This document shows positions 25,921-37,694 of a stretch of 64,000 nucleotides of DNA, one piece after another (position 1 is the first letter of the stretch; each line of letters starts with the position of its first letter). Source of the DNA: Octopus vulgaris (taxonomy: Eukaryota). The stretch spans positions 107,880,001 through 107,944,000 of the forward strand of contig OX597823.1 of the NCBI GenBank assembly GCA_951406725.2. The letters are read 5' to 3'. Position numbers and translations under genes: made by a program. The notes beneath the pieces were generated by a model. The model saw only the letters and a program-made list of their open reading frames with translations, ran no database searches and was not told the origin of the DNA.

Positions 25921-28099
25921 ATGAGTCTTTGAGACTTCCCATGATTCATTGTTGTCTGTGTGCGCATGTGCCATTGTGTTGTACACTGAAGAAGATAGCC
26001 GGCTGTGTCTATCCCGCCAAAAGAAGCTGCTGCAAGGTAAGTCTCTTCTCTTGGACCCGGTGTGGGTCGTTGTCTGTGCTTATATGTTTTACAAACAGGG
26101 AATCCTCACTGAATTCAGGATGTTGGTCTACTTGTGGTTCAGCAATATGCTCCATAGTAAATAAATATTTTTTTCTCATTTTCTGGTAGGCGTATCCTTC
26201 AAAATACTTTGTTTTTACAACAACAACATTTACCATTATTGGAAAAGTGTATTTCAAGTGTTCACATGAAGGGAAAACTTTTTTTCTCATTGTGCGAAAT
26301 ATAGTTTGGTGACTATCTTGCCACCGAAAGTCGTTCGCCGTTTTTAAATAGTGTGTATTTTACGACTACGTTGGAAAGCTGTATTCAAGTGGAGCAGTCC
26401 AGGTTCGAATTGGAGTACCATAAGTGCTTGAAGTACATGAATGCCCAGAAGATTTTTTTGCTGTGTTTTCTTCTTTTGAACTATTGTTTTCTTCTATTGT
26501 GACTTTTTATTGAACTGTTTGTTTTTTTTTATTTCTTCTTCCCTTTTGTTTCCTTTTGAATTCTCTCTTGCCTTTTTTGTGAACTATTGCTTTGAACATG
26601 GCGAAAAAACTACGGATAAGATTGTTGTGTGGGAGATTGTCCCACCGAAGCAGTAGTTAAAAGATATGGAGGAGAGGATGATGGTGGTTAGAACTTATTC
26701 TAAAGTTCTTGATTCCATCACCATCTTCCCAAAACCAATTATAGAAAATGAACTGAAAGACTATTTATCCTCTGTGAAATACATATCCCGCGGTGTCAAA
26801 CATGCAATCGTATGGTTGCTGTTCGACTCCCGGGAAAAGGTTCGCAATTTTGCGAGCCAGCCATAGGAGGGCAACGGAATTCTGTTCTTCCCGTCGTACT
26901 GCGGGAGGAAATTAATAAGAGCCTGGATATGTGTGTTACCCCCAGGAACCGAAGCGGGTTGGATTGAAGATACCATCCGACGGGGACTGGGGAATAGCGG
27001 GCCCAGGCTCTTAAATGTAAGGGTATTGCCGGCGGTCGATTGAGAAGGGCCAAAAGCAATTTTGACCCTGTGGACCCCATCGGCCGTAACATATCTGGTT
27101 TTTCCAGATTTTTTAAAAATGGATGGCTCAAGTTATGCAGTGATACTTGATGGTCGCCTCCCCTTGTGTCACTTGTGCCTGGAGTCAATCCACATTAAGA
27201 AGGAGTGTCCCCGGGGCCGTGGTAAATCCCGGAGCAGGGAAAGGTGAAGGTGCCCTCCGCTCTCCCGTTGCAGGGAGAAACGGAGGAAGTTGTTGAGGCA
27301 TTGGCTTCAACGAGTAGGAAAGAAAGGTGAGCAACAATGGTTGCTCACCAACAGATGCGCAGGTTGCGGGAGAAGAGGAGGACCCCTCTAGGTGTGCCGG
27401 TAGAGGCCTCGACGCCCGCAACCGTGAAAAGGAAAAAAGAAAAGAAAGAGAAACGGGAGACTGTCGGCGGATGTCGTTGTGCCGTCGACCGAACCCGATG
27501 ATCCTCCGGTGGAAGGTGTGCCACTGGAGCGAGACACTCTGTCAGTGAGAATCGTGCCACTGACAGAGCAGGCTGAGGCCCCTCCCCGTGAGAAGGAGGC
27601 GAAAACCATCGTTTTCTATCTCGGGGAAGGGCCTGCCGAGAAGTGCTTGGACGGTCTTCCAGGCCGAGAACGATTGGACTCGGACTGTATAGACTGTCCA
27701 GGCTGGCCTCCGCAGGTGGCTGCGGAGGCCGTGAGTCAGAAAGAGCTGTTTGAGGTCATGGTGACCTGTAATAAGGAAGAATTTGCATTCCTCTTTCTGG
27801 GGCCCGACCTGCCGATGCAGGCTTTCCTGCAGGCGGCGTGTCATTTGCTTGGGGCTCCGATGAGGAGAATTGATTGTGTGTTTACTGAATAATTTTGTAA
27901 TGGAGTATTAAGTCTAATAATTGTAAAAACTGTCGTTAAAAAAAAAAGGAACAATGTTTTAGAGAAGCAGAAAATCGGTGGGGGTTTTCTGCCTTCTCCC
28001 ATCAACATCATCCTTGTTTCATCATTCACCTCATCAATGTATATGTCCAGCCGGCAAGCTACTCTTTGTAATGCCTTTATGGCAAATTTTAATGAAATA
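25921..28099 (+). mobile_element. ORF1-only non-autonomous Tx1-like retroelement (element 2, HAL1-like)
   Basis: Bounded by target copies at 25905-25920 and 28100-28115. Its last 40 nt match element 1 at 37/40. It has an ORF1 homologue and no APE/RT sequence that I can detect. Confidence 0.8.
26598..27892 (+). pseudogene. Element 2 ORF1 (CCHC knuckle), decayed
   Basis: KYISRG..FFPSYCGRKLIRAWI parallels element 1 KYIARG..LLPTYMRRRTARVRI. Knuckle LDGRLPLCHLCLESIHIKKECP. Several stops and frameshifts. Confidence 0.75.
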
Positions 28100-28115
28100 A
28101 AGTAGCTTGCTTACC

Positions 28116-28178
28116 AACCACATGGTTCTGGGTTCAGTCCGACTGAAATATAAAATAAATATAAAATAAATATAAAAA
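28116..28178 (+). mobile_element. Remainder of the interrupted SINE (B-box joined directly to the tail)
   Basis: AACCACATGGTTCTGGGTTCAGTCC continues the head from 19735, then jumps to GACTGAAA plus an A-rich tail. Confidence 0.85.
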
Positions 28179-28844
28179 GGTTAAACAGCCATTTTATGTG
28201 TGTAGCAACGTCGCAACATGTGACAACACTGGTTCTACACATGTGGCAACATGTGGCAACACTGGTTCTACACAGTGACGGAGTAAAATGACGGTATAAA
28301 ATTTCATTGCTACTTTGAGAAATTATTGCTCTGCTTTACGAGTTTTCGTATTCGGCGCTCTCTCCGGGAACCAATTTACTCGTATATCGAAGCATCACAG
28401 TACTTATTTGTTATAGCAAACGCATAATATATCGAGTGTAAATCAATAGAGTTGGATAGAATTTCTGTTTTGTTGCTTATCACTGGTTTCTACATTAAGA
28501 TAGATATATTCGTACAAATCTCTTTAGGAGTCTCTTTGCAGCTCCGCTGATGAAGGCATTAAGGTCCTGTAATATTACTATATTTTATATCTTATATGTA
28601 AAGAATAATGTTATATGTATTTATGTTATTCTAATTATCAGCTTAGTAAATAAATAAACAAGTTAACATAATTTAATGTCTAAAAGTAGATGAATCACCT
28701 GTTGTTCTCCTCCATTTTCTTATTTGCTATATATATATATATATATATATGATCCAAGCATGAAAACACAAAGAGAAAACAACACGAGGACGTGGAACAA
28801 GTATAGAGTTATTGGACGCTCAGGAAAGGAAAGAAAGAAGGGGG

Positions 28845-28878
28845 ATTTAACGTTTCGAGCGGAGCTCTTCGTCAGAAA
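28845..28878 (-). ncRNA. Minimal hammerhead motif in a short repeat (about 28750-28910) flanked by (TA)n
   Basis: Reverse complement TTT-CTGACGA-A-GAGC(TCC)GCTC-GAAA-CG-TT-AAA. Core intact, stem I weak. A related decayed copy lies at about 40690-40900. Confidence 0.65.
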
Positions 28879-28944
28879 CATAGGAAAAGGAAAGATCCAA
28901 GGAAGGGGAGAATATATATATATATATATACATATATATGTTAG

Positions 28945-29226
28945 ACTCTCCGTCGAAGGCGACGTTTGAGCATTCAGCTGTTTTGCCGAATGACCAGCAC
29001 ACATGATTTTTTATAGTGATAAAATGAATGTGCCATGCATTAGCTTCCTCACTCTATGAAACTGACGTTGAATAGGTGCAGTTTGATGCAGGTGTTGAAG
29101 GGATCGGAGTGCAACGTGGGATGAAGTGTTTTCCTCAAGAACAAAACGCACTACCCGGTCTATGAACTGAAATCACGATCTAGCGCTCATAAGTCCAGCA
29201 CTCTGAGCAATAGGCCATGCGCACTC
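28945..29226 (-). mobile_element. Decayed tRNA-derived SINE (related to the 41683 copy)
   Basis: Minus strand shows A-box-like GCATGGCCTATTG, B-box-like GATTTCAGTTC, and a tail GTCGCCTTCGACGGAG similar to GTCGTAATCGACGGAG at about 41990. Confidence 0.6.
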
Positions 29227-29684
29227 ACACACACACAAACGCACACACGTATGCATACATGCATACATATTTACATATACATATATATATACCCATATCT
29301 ATATATATATGTATATACTTCGATACATATAGTAACAAATATGCTATTACATGTGTGTGTTTGTGTATATAGCATATATATTATACTTGGAAATACGTAC
29401 ACACTAACACATACACGCTCTCATATGTACATAAATATACATCCACATATATGTATATATATAATAAACATATATAATATGTATATATTACATATTACTT
29501 AATATATAACACGAATATATTTTTCTCAATAATCCTATATATATATGTGTGTGTGTGTATATATATGTATATATGTATGTATATATATATGTATATATAT
29601 ATATCTATGTATATATATATGTATATCTATCTATCTATCTATCTATCTATGTATATACATGTATGTATGCATATATATATATAT

Positions 29685-30160
29685 AAGTATCACTTGAAGA
29701 GGAAAGTGAGAGTTGAGAGGCAAGTTTTGTCTAGTGAATGTTTAAAAAAAAGATGGGTGAATGTAGCAAGGATGGCACGTATGAATGACGAAGTCACTTT
29801 GACTATGATTCTATGAACCGTAAAGATTAATACAGAGAGTTGCTTATTTGCAAAAAAAAAAAGAAATATAACAAGAGACTTCATTGTCCGATGTTACCGT
29901 GGTTACCGTAGGCTTTTCTTTCCACGGGTAAACCTCACCTGTCCTCCCCTTTACACTTCATATTGACATTTCTGTGATAACGATCCCTATTGATCAATTT
30001 TTTCCTCCCCCCTTTTTTATCCCCCCCTTTGTGTCCTCTTTCTTTCCTTTTACGATCCCTTTTGATCGAAAACCAAACCCCTTTTTTACCCCCAAAAGAA
30101 AAGCTCTACCTTGTAATTTGTCCTGTCTGTGTGCAGCCCTGTGTGGCTAATAAAGAAACA
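29685..30160 (+). mobile_element. 5'-truncated Tx1/L1-clade LINE 3' end in a microsatellite
   Basis: YHLKRKVRVERQVLSSECLKKRWVNVAR aligns with the element 1 C-terminus YHLSSKIRLEKRYLSRDRFMRRWKPVAR. 3' UTR ends GCCCTGTGTGGCTAATAAAGAAA. Flanked by (TA)n and (TATC)n. Confidence 0.85.
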
Positions 30161-30207
<47 letters not shown>

Positions 30208-30841
30208 ATATATACATATATATATATATGTATGTATATACATGTATATACATGTATGTGTGAATCTATGCATGTATGTACGTCCTTGTATACGAATGCA
30301 TAAACATAAGCCTAATTTTAAAACAGCAACATGCATACGTTTTTTAAACTATCCATACATATGTTAATAGAAGCCATTTATATTTCTAAATTTTTCTTCT
30401 TCCTTCTGCTGTGATAGTTAAAGTATGTGTCAAACTTAGAATATTTTCTAAAAGTAAAATATGACATATTTATATAATTTTGAAATGCATTTCTTACCCA
30501 ATTTGCTGCTTCTGTCAAAGGTTAAAAACTTGATAGCTCTAGAATGGAATGGGTTATCCTGGAATGAATAAAATATTTTCTATTACACTTTGATGAAGCT
30601 TCATAGATTATTCGACATAAAAAATCCATTAAGTAAACAATTTGTATTAAACGGAGAAGAAAAGGAGAGGAAGAAGAAAATGAAGACGATGAAGAGAAGG
30701 AAAGGAGGATGGATAGAACTGAATGTCTGTGTGTCTTTTGCGAAGAGTATTGGGTATTATGATTTAATTCAATTCGCTATTAAGTAATGTCAAAAGTGAA
30801 AGATTCGAAATATCTGAATTTATGTGTGCATGCGTATATAA

Positions 30842-30886
<45 letters not shown>

Positions 30887-31042
30887 TATATACACATATA
30901 TATATATAGGTATATACACATATACATATATAGGTATGCACACATACACACACATATATATGTATGTATATGCATATATATGTATGTATGTATATATATA
31001 TATATATATATGCATATGTATATCTATCTATTTATCTATCTA

Positions 31043-31098
<56 letters not shown>

Positions 31099-31639
31099 TG
31101 TATATATAAATATATACGTATGTTTTTATATGTAGGCGTGTGTGCAAAGAAAAACTCCCGATGGTGAATGAGCGTATTCTGCACATCCAAATCTTGTCAG
31201 AACATCCGTCTTGAAGAAAGATATTCCGATGTAAAACATGAGGATTGCGAGGTATATCGTTATCCCAAAAATGTTGGGTCGCCGGAAGTACTCGACAGCT
31301 GACTGCAGTTTTGTGCACACTTGATTGACAACAATCGGTTTCATAAAAGAAGCAAAGAAATAGTAGACATTTCTAAAGTATCTGATGTCGTTGTTGTGCT
31401 GGGGTCCATGCCTGCCTGAGACAGTCTAACACTGTCCCTGCTTCGGTTTCTACGCTCGTTCGAGGTCACACGATTAGTGTAACATAGTTAAGAGTAGTTG
31501 CAATTCTCTGCTTTGCTCGCGTTTCTGCGTCTTCCAATTCTACCGCAGTCCATTTATGTCGAAGAAGTGCTTCCACTATATGCTTTTGTGTGTGTGTGTG
31601 AGTATGCTTTTACATACATACATACCTACATGCATACAG

Positions 31640-32060
31640 TAATGAGTGTTGGGTCCTGACTTAAATAGCGAAAACAAGTGGCCCAAATAGATTTCATTCG
31701 GAAAATCTCTAAAGGAACGTTGTTCGAGAAGGTGCGTAGCTTAGAGATCAGAGCTCTTTCCAGGTCGAGCCGCTACTTCTTGGTATGGAAAGATCACAGC
31801 TCTTGTACTACGGCTATATGATTGAGAATGTCGCAGGAAAAATGGAAAGTTGGATTCTTCAAGCCGAGCCAACAGGTAGAATACCTAGAGGTAAATCAAG
31901 GACGAGATAATTGGATAACATCCATGGTCTCAAATTAGTGCAGTGTGGAAAGCCACCAGGAAAGTATAAAGATGTTTGCTTGTCATAGCCCAATAGAGGA
32001 CGTGCCTGGGTACTTTACCACCACGACCCTTCCCGGAACAGTGGGTGAAGAAGATGGATA
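31640..32060 (+). mobile_element. RTE-clade LINE 3' fragment
   Basis: Residual peptides EKVRS, VEPLLLGMERSQLLYYGY and GRIPRGKSRTR*LDNI. Ends GAAGAAGATGGATA before (CATA)n. Confidence 0.7.
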
Positions 32061-32098
32061 CATACATACATACATACATACATACATACATACATACA

Positions 32099-32134
<36 letters not shown>

Positions 32135-32140
32135 TATATT

Positions 32141-32547
32141 CGAGAGCCGGCTGAAAAGTGTGTAGGCGGGCCAAGGTACTCTCATGGAATGTGATCAAAC
32201 GAGCTTTACATCTCAACTTGCAGTTTACACTCTTTTTCCATGTGTTGCAGTGCATCGGTTCCATTGCTGAGCAAACTTTCATCCTGTCTGTCCAAAAAGT
32301 CTTCAACAACAGATATGACGTCATCATCACAAAGATGCTTGTTCCCAAGTATTTTTTGTTGTTGGGGAACAAGTGATAATCAGAAGGGGCCAAATCAGGA
32401 TTATTAGGGAGGCTGATCAACCAGTTCAAAGCCACACTCATACATCAGACATTGAAACCAAGGACTTGTGTGCTGCTGCATTGTCCTGATGAAATAAAGA
32501 CCCCTTTCCGTAGTTTTTTCTGGTCGTTTGGTCTTGATAGTCTCTTG
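32141..32547 (-). mobile_element. Mariner transposon 3' fragment
   Basis: PDLAPSDYHLFP motif. The end resembles a TIR (CGAG..CGGCTGAAAAGT) next to TA. Confidence 0.85.
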
Positions 32548-32705
32548 TATATATATATTAGCTGCCAATTCTGTACAAGACATTGTAGATCTTTAGCTGG
32601 GTTAAAAAGTCACATTCGATCACAGCACTAATACCAGTTAAGCTTCGTGCAATGGCCATACTCGATAACGAGGGGGCAGCCATCATATATATATATATAT
32701 ATATG

Positions 32706-32739
<34 letters not shown>

Positions 32740-34099
32740 CTATGGGCTTCTTCACAAGGTATTATTCAGGTCGGGTACAGTTGTAGAAGAAACATACCTG
32801 GTCAGAAGTGTCGCGCAGTGTGACTGAACCCAAGCCTGCACCCATCTAGATTTTTAAGTACAATAACACTTTTATTTCCGATGCCATCCAATAATCTAGA
32901 GAATGTGCCATAGAAAAAAATCAAAAGTTGTTTAAGCTTTACCCTCATCTACTAAACAGGAGTAGTTTTACATCATTCATATGCCTTCATGTTGTTGTGT
33001 TCAAATTTCCTGATATCAAACTGGATCAGGAAATGGTCGGCTTCACACTGTTTGGGGGGAGGAGGGATCTCAATTGTCAGTAACAATTTTAGTTTTACTC
33101 TTTGCAGCCTTTTATGCCCGGATCATTTAAGTAGAGAAACAGGACTTTGGAGAACTTCTTGAAGAACATTGTTCATGACTTTAGTCTAACCTAAATGTAA
33201 TCCGTTAATGTTAGTATGTTGTGATGGTTTAAAACTTGATAATAATCATTTAATACTAATTATTTCATTAGATAATATTCCTTGAACACCAATGTTATCT
33301 ATAATGAAGAAGTTGATCAAAGCAGATTCTACCAATTACAGAGTTATATGCTATATTAATTTGGAGTTTAGGAGGTTGTTATTATGTCGCTGGTAAAGTT
33401 ATTTACGAGTGTTACTGCTTTGCAATAGAGATTTAATCTTTTGTATTTCATATTTAGGTAGAATCATGATCCCTGGCTGTAGCAGATACAGTTAAGTAAG
33501 ACAAAAGAGTAGTAAGAAAAGTATTGGCCCTTTAACATCGCAGGTCATGTCAGACTGGTCCACCTCTGTTCACAATAATAAGTCAATATTGACGCGAGGA
33601 GAAATTGTAATGGTGGGGTCGTCTGGAGAAATGTTCAATACTAGGTTTGGTGACTGAAACTCAGAACAGATGACAAAAAAAAAGAAAGAAAGAAAAACCA
33701 ATGGTGTTTTGGTTAGAATGTTGTGGAAGAGGTAACTGTATACTATAGGAGAAAATGGTAGCACCAATAGCATTTTTCGTTGCTTCAAAGACAGATGAAA
33801 GGAAGAGGGATTTTTATCATAAAACCAAAGACCCTTGCTTCAATGCATTGTACAAAGTGGGGCATCTAAAGATCGAGTGGTAGTATTTAACTGGGCAACG
33901 GATTAAGTCTATTAAACTATAAAACAAAGGACCTTCCGACATGTTTCCGTCAGCCAAATTTCACTAATAAGGCTTTGAACGTCCCAGGGCTCTGATAGAA
34001 GCCACATTACTTAGATGTCATATTTAAAGGTACATCAGATGCAAAGGATTACCGTCACTATATTTGCAATGTCTGTTTTTATTTCTATTTATTTCTTTA

Positions 34100-34486
34100 C
34101 CAGCAGTATCGCCCGGCGTTGCTCGGGTTTGTTTTGACCCTTTAGAATTAGAATTTTTGAAAAGTAAAAATTTTGCATTATGTAGCTTGTTATTCTCTTT
34201 AAGTGAACATTTTTCTAGTTGAAATACACCGAAAAATGGAGACACAGCAGTCACAAAATCGTAAAAATAGGGATTTTCATAGAAAAAAAAGCACCTTTTT
34301 GGTGTAAATAATTTTTGATGTTAACATAGTCCAATTTGAATTTTTCTTCCACGGAATGAAGAGCAAACCTTCTTCTATCATACTCTCAAATTTGGTCAAC
34401 TTGTGCCGCAGGATCTCGGAGGAGATAGTGTTAGTTGAAGGCTCCCAAACCTGCCATACACAGACAACTTCAGCTTTATATATAGA
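34100..34486 (-). mobile_element. Non-autonomous Helitron
   Basis: Minus strand: TCTATATATAAAGCTGAAGTTGTCTGTGT 5' end, 3' hairpin CCCGAGCAACGCCGGG, then CTGG|T (fits CTRR). Confidence 0.75.
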
Positions 34487-35074
34487 GCGATTTATCTATA
34501 CATTTTGTATTGGGATATTTTAAGTTTAAGGGTCAAAAATTAGAAATTTATTAAATCCCAACTTGATATTAGATTTGATATTACATTAAATTTGATGTTA
34601 TTTCAATGACCATTCTCTGTTGTACCAGGATCTTGTTACGTGTCTTCATTTTTTACTAGAACTATGGATTGTTGGAAAGATACTTATGTCATTAGCCTTG
34701 CTGATTAATGGAAACATATTGATTAGGAATAGAATTTAAAAAACCCTCATTGTTACTCTAGTTAAAAACGAGAAAACGCGACCATTCGACATGCTAGAAA
34801 ATGCAGACCAATTACGTTCTTCTGTCAAAATACGCTCCAAGTATGGAAGACATATCGGAACATTTTGTCATAGCTATGCAATGTCCGAGAAAACGCCTGT
34901 AGCCATGTGTCTGCTCAGTTCCGAACGATCTTTCCCTAAACAACATCGAGAATTCTTTTACAGGATTCTGATTTTCTACAGCTGGTTTGGATTTCTCGCT
35001 CTGTATCCCATACAGCCTTTCTTTCAACCATTTGATATTTCCGTAAAAACATTAGAATGCAGCTAAAATAAAGA

Positions 35075-35237
35075 GGCGCAGGAGTGGCTGTGTGGTAAGT
35101 AGCTTGCTAACCAACCTCATGGTTCCGGGTTCAGTCCCACTGCGTGGCATCTTGGGCAAGTGTCTTCTGCTATAGCCCCGGGCCGACCAATGCCTTGTGA
35201 GTGGATTTGGTAGACGGAAACTGAAAGAAGCCTGTCG

Positions 35238-35270
<33 letters not shown>

Positions 35271-35485
35271 TTGTGTGTCTGTGTTTGTCCCCCTAGCATT
35301 GCTTGACAACCGATGCTGGTGTGTTTACGTCCCCGTCACTTAGCGGTTCGGCAAAAAGAGACCGATAGAATAAGTACTGGGCTTACAAAGAGTAAGTCCC
35401 GGGGTCGATTTGCTCGACTAAAGGCGGTGCTCCAGCATGGCCGCAGTCAAATGACTGAAACAAGTAAAAGAGTAAAAGAGAGAGA
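35075..35485 (+). mobile_element. Full-length tRNA-derived SINE with internal microsatellite and LINE-derived tail
   Basis: A box GTGGCTGTGTGG, B box GGTTCAGTCCC, CTTGGGCAAGT motif, (TA)n/(TG)n middle, tail GGCGGTGCTCCAGCATGGCCGCAG..GACTGAAACAAGTAAAAGAG. Confidence 0.9.
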
Positions 35486-37694
35486 GTAATTTTAAATTTT
35501 CCCACAGCATACAATTTCATATGAAGCATTGAGTTTGTGCATTTCTCTGAAGAACTTCTAGAGAAGGAGCATGAGTGACTGCCAGTTTCTAATTCGATGA
35601 AGAGTTCTCAGAGTATCTTTGTGATAAATGGTCAGATGGGATCTTGCAAATAATGAGTCTTTAATACTTTCCTTCTTATATAAATGAAAGAGTTACAGCC
35701 TAAAATTTGGACATTAGATTCAATACTAGTTTCTTGGCTGCAATTAGAATCTGCAAAACATTGTTTTCAATCGTTTTCGAATAACGTGAAAGGGAGGCAG
35801 TGGGGAACACCTTTACAGTGTTGTAGTCCCTGCACTCAATGGTATGGTAATTCAGTAAGAAAATTTAGTAAAGAAATTTCAAATGTGTTCACACTGTACT
35901 TTGATTTAATGAAATACCAGTAAATCGATGTGGTTGAAGAAAACTTTTGCAAAAACTGTTACTGCTGTATTTCACTGCAACGAGACACGTCCAGAGTATT
36001 CTGGTAAAAATTGTGAAAATAATTGCTTTTCAAATTGTAACGAAAAACAGTTGCCTAGAATCAAATCGCTTTATTTAACTCAAATATTAAACTTCAGTAT
36101 TCGAGATACAAGTGCGAACGTGACTACATTTATAGAAAATGGCGGCTGTCAGCTTTCAGCTAATGTATTAGTATACGACATCTGGACCGGAAGTAACAAT
36201 AATAATTTCAGATAAATATACGCGATGTCTCTGAGCATTATACATTACAACATGGCGGGTTTACTGATAAAATTAGATGTATTAGAAGATGACATTCCAC
36301 TCTCATAGAAACAGAAAATCTAGAAAAGCAGAAAATTACGTAATTTAATCTTCCTTGCCAACGACATGCCACATCATATGTAGCTGCAATATTCGTTATT
36401 CTTTAAACTACTGGAAAAATATGCTCATAAACAATGGGTGGAACGAAATATTAATAAAAAGTCATTAAAATTATCTTACGCAGACAAAACTAGCTTTACA
36501 TCATCTTTGACAAATACGAATGGAAGCTAACTGTATGATTTCTCTTCTTCACAAAATTTACGATCTGTCAGCGCGTCTGACGAAATTTCTCGTATCCTTT
36601 CTATGTTCGCCCTCGACGACACCGGAGCACATTTGTAATGGTTTTTGCCTTTCCCATGCACAATATTCGTAATATGGACAACGGGGACTTATTTGCTACA
36701 TTGGGAATACCTAGTCTTAAATTGATTAAAAAAAAAGACAACGACTTTCTCAGATCAATGTTTATATTGGCCTCTGTGTGCGCACGCACGCCCGTGGCGG
36801 ATACGTGAGTGTGCATTTTAATAAGTGTGTTTGTGTGAGTATGTGCATATGTCTGGGTGTGCACACTTTTCTCAATCCATCCAACAGGTTTGTCCACCTG
36901 CATTCAATAAACAAAATGCAACTTCTGTTACCAACGCTGCTTCAGCAGCAGCACCACCACCACCATCATCACCACCACCACCACCACCACCACCACCATT
37001 AACACCACAGCAACCGTCTCTTTACGCCAACGCTTCTCCATTCTTAATACATAGTAATGCGTGTTTAATTAAACTTACTTCTGAAATATTATATCATCAC
37101 GGTTTTATACGAAAGACAATGAACATTGCACTTGAAATAAACTAAACATTATCTTTCTCCTGACTTGTTTAATCTATATATTCTTTTTACTTCTTATATT
37201 GTGTATATGATTGCTTGTAATTATATGTAAATGTGAGCGTGTGTATAACTATGTAGGTGCACGTGTGCGTTTATCTGTTTGCTTTAGACTTTCTTTTTCT
37301 CTATTTTCTCGAACTAATGAGTCAATGTATCCTCGCGTTTGTCAGTATGACTGTCTGTGCATTTTAATGTGTGCGCGTGTGTATGTGTATATGTGCGCGC
37401 GTGTGTACGATCGTATGAGTATGATTGTGTATGTGAATGAACGAATGTGAATTGGATTGTTTGTATGTATGGTGTGTGTGTGGCTATACTTGTTGTGTTT
37501 GAGTATGATTGTAGGGAGCGTGTTAATGTAATATACCCGAAGAGTCAACGTTTATCAGTATTTCTGAAACAATACTGACACTATGTATAATTCCAGTTAA
37601 CAATAACTCGGCAATGATCTTCTGGCAAAGTGGTGATGAAACAATTGTAATATAATGCAATAAAACATATGGCTCATTCCATTCTCCTTGTGTA

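Noticed and set aside
25983-26025. CTGAAGA-A-GATAG..CTATC hairpin in the element 2 5' UTR
   Set aside because: No GAAA follows stem II.
31145-31580. Possible retroelement remnant (KWTAVELEDAETRAKQR on the minus strand)
   Set aside because: Single weak motif, insufficient to assign.
35075-35150. tRNA gene call for SINE heads (also 41683 and 53011)
   Set aside because: A/B boxes are present but there is no full cloverleaf, and the sequence continues into SINE bodies.
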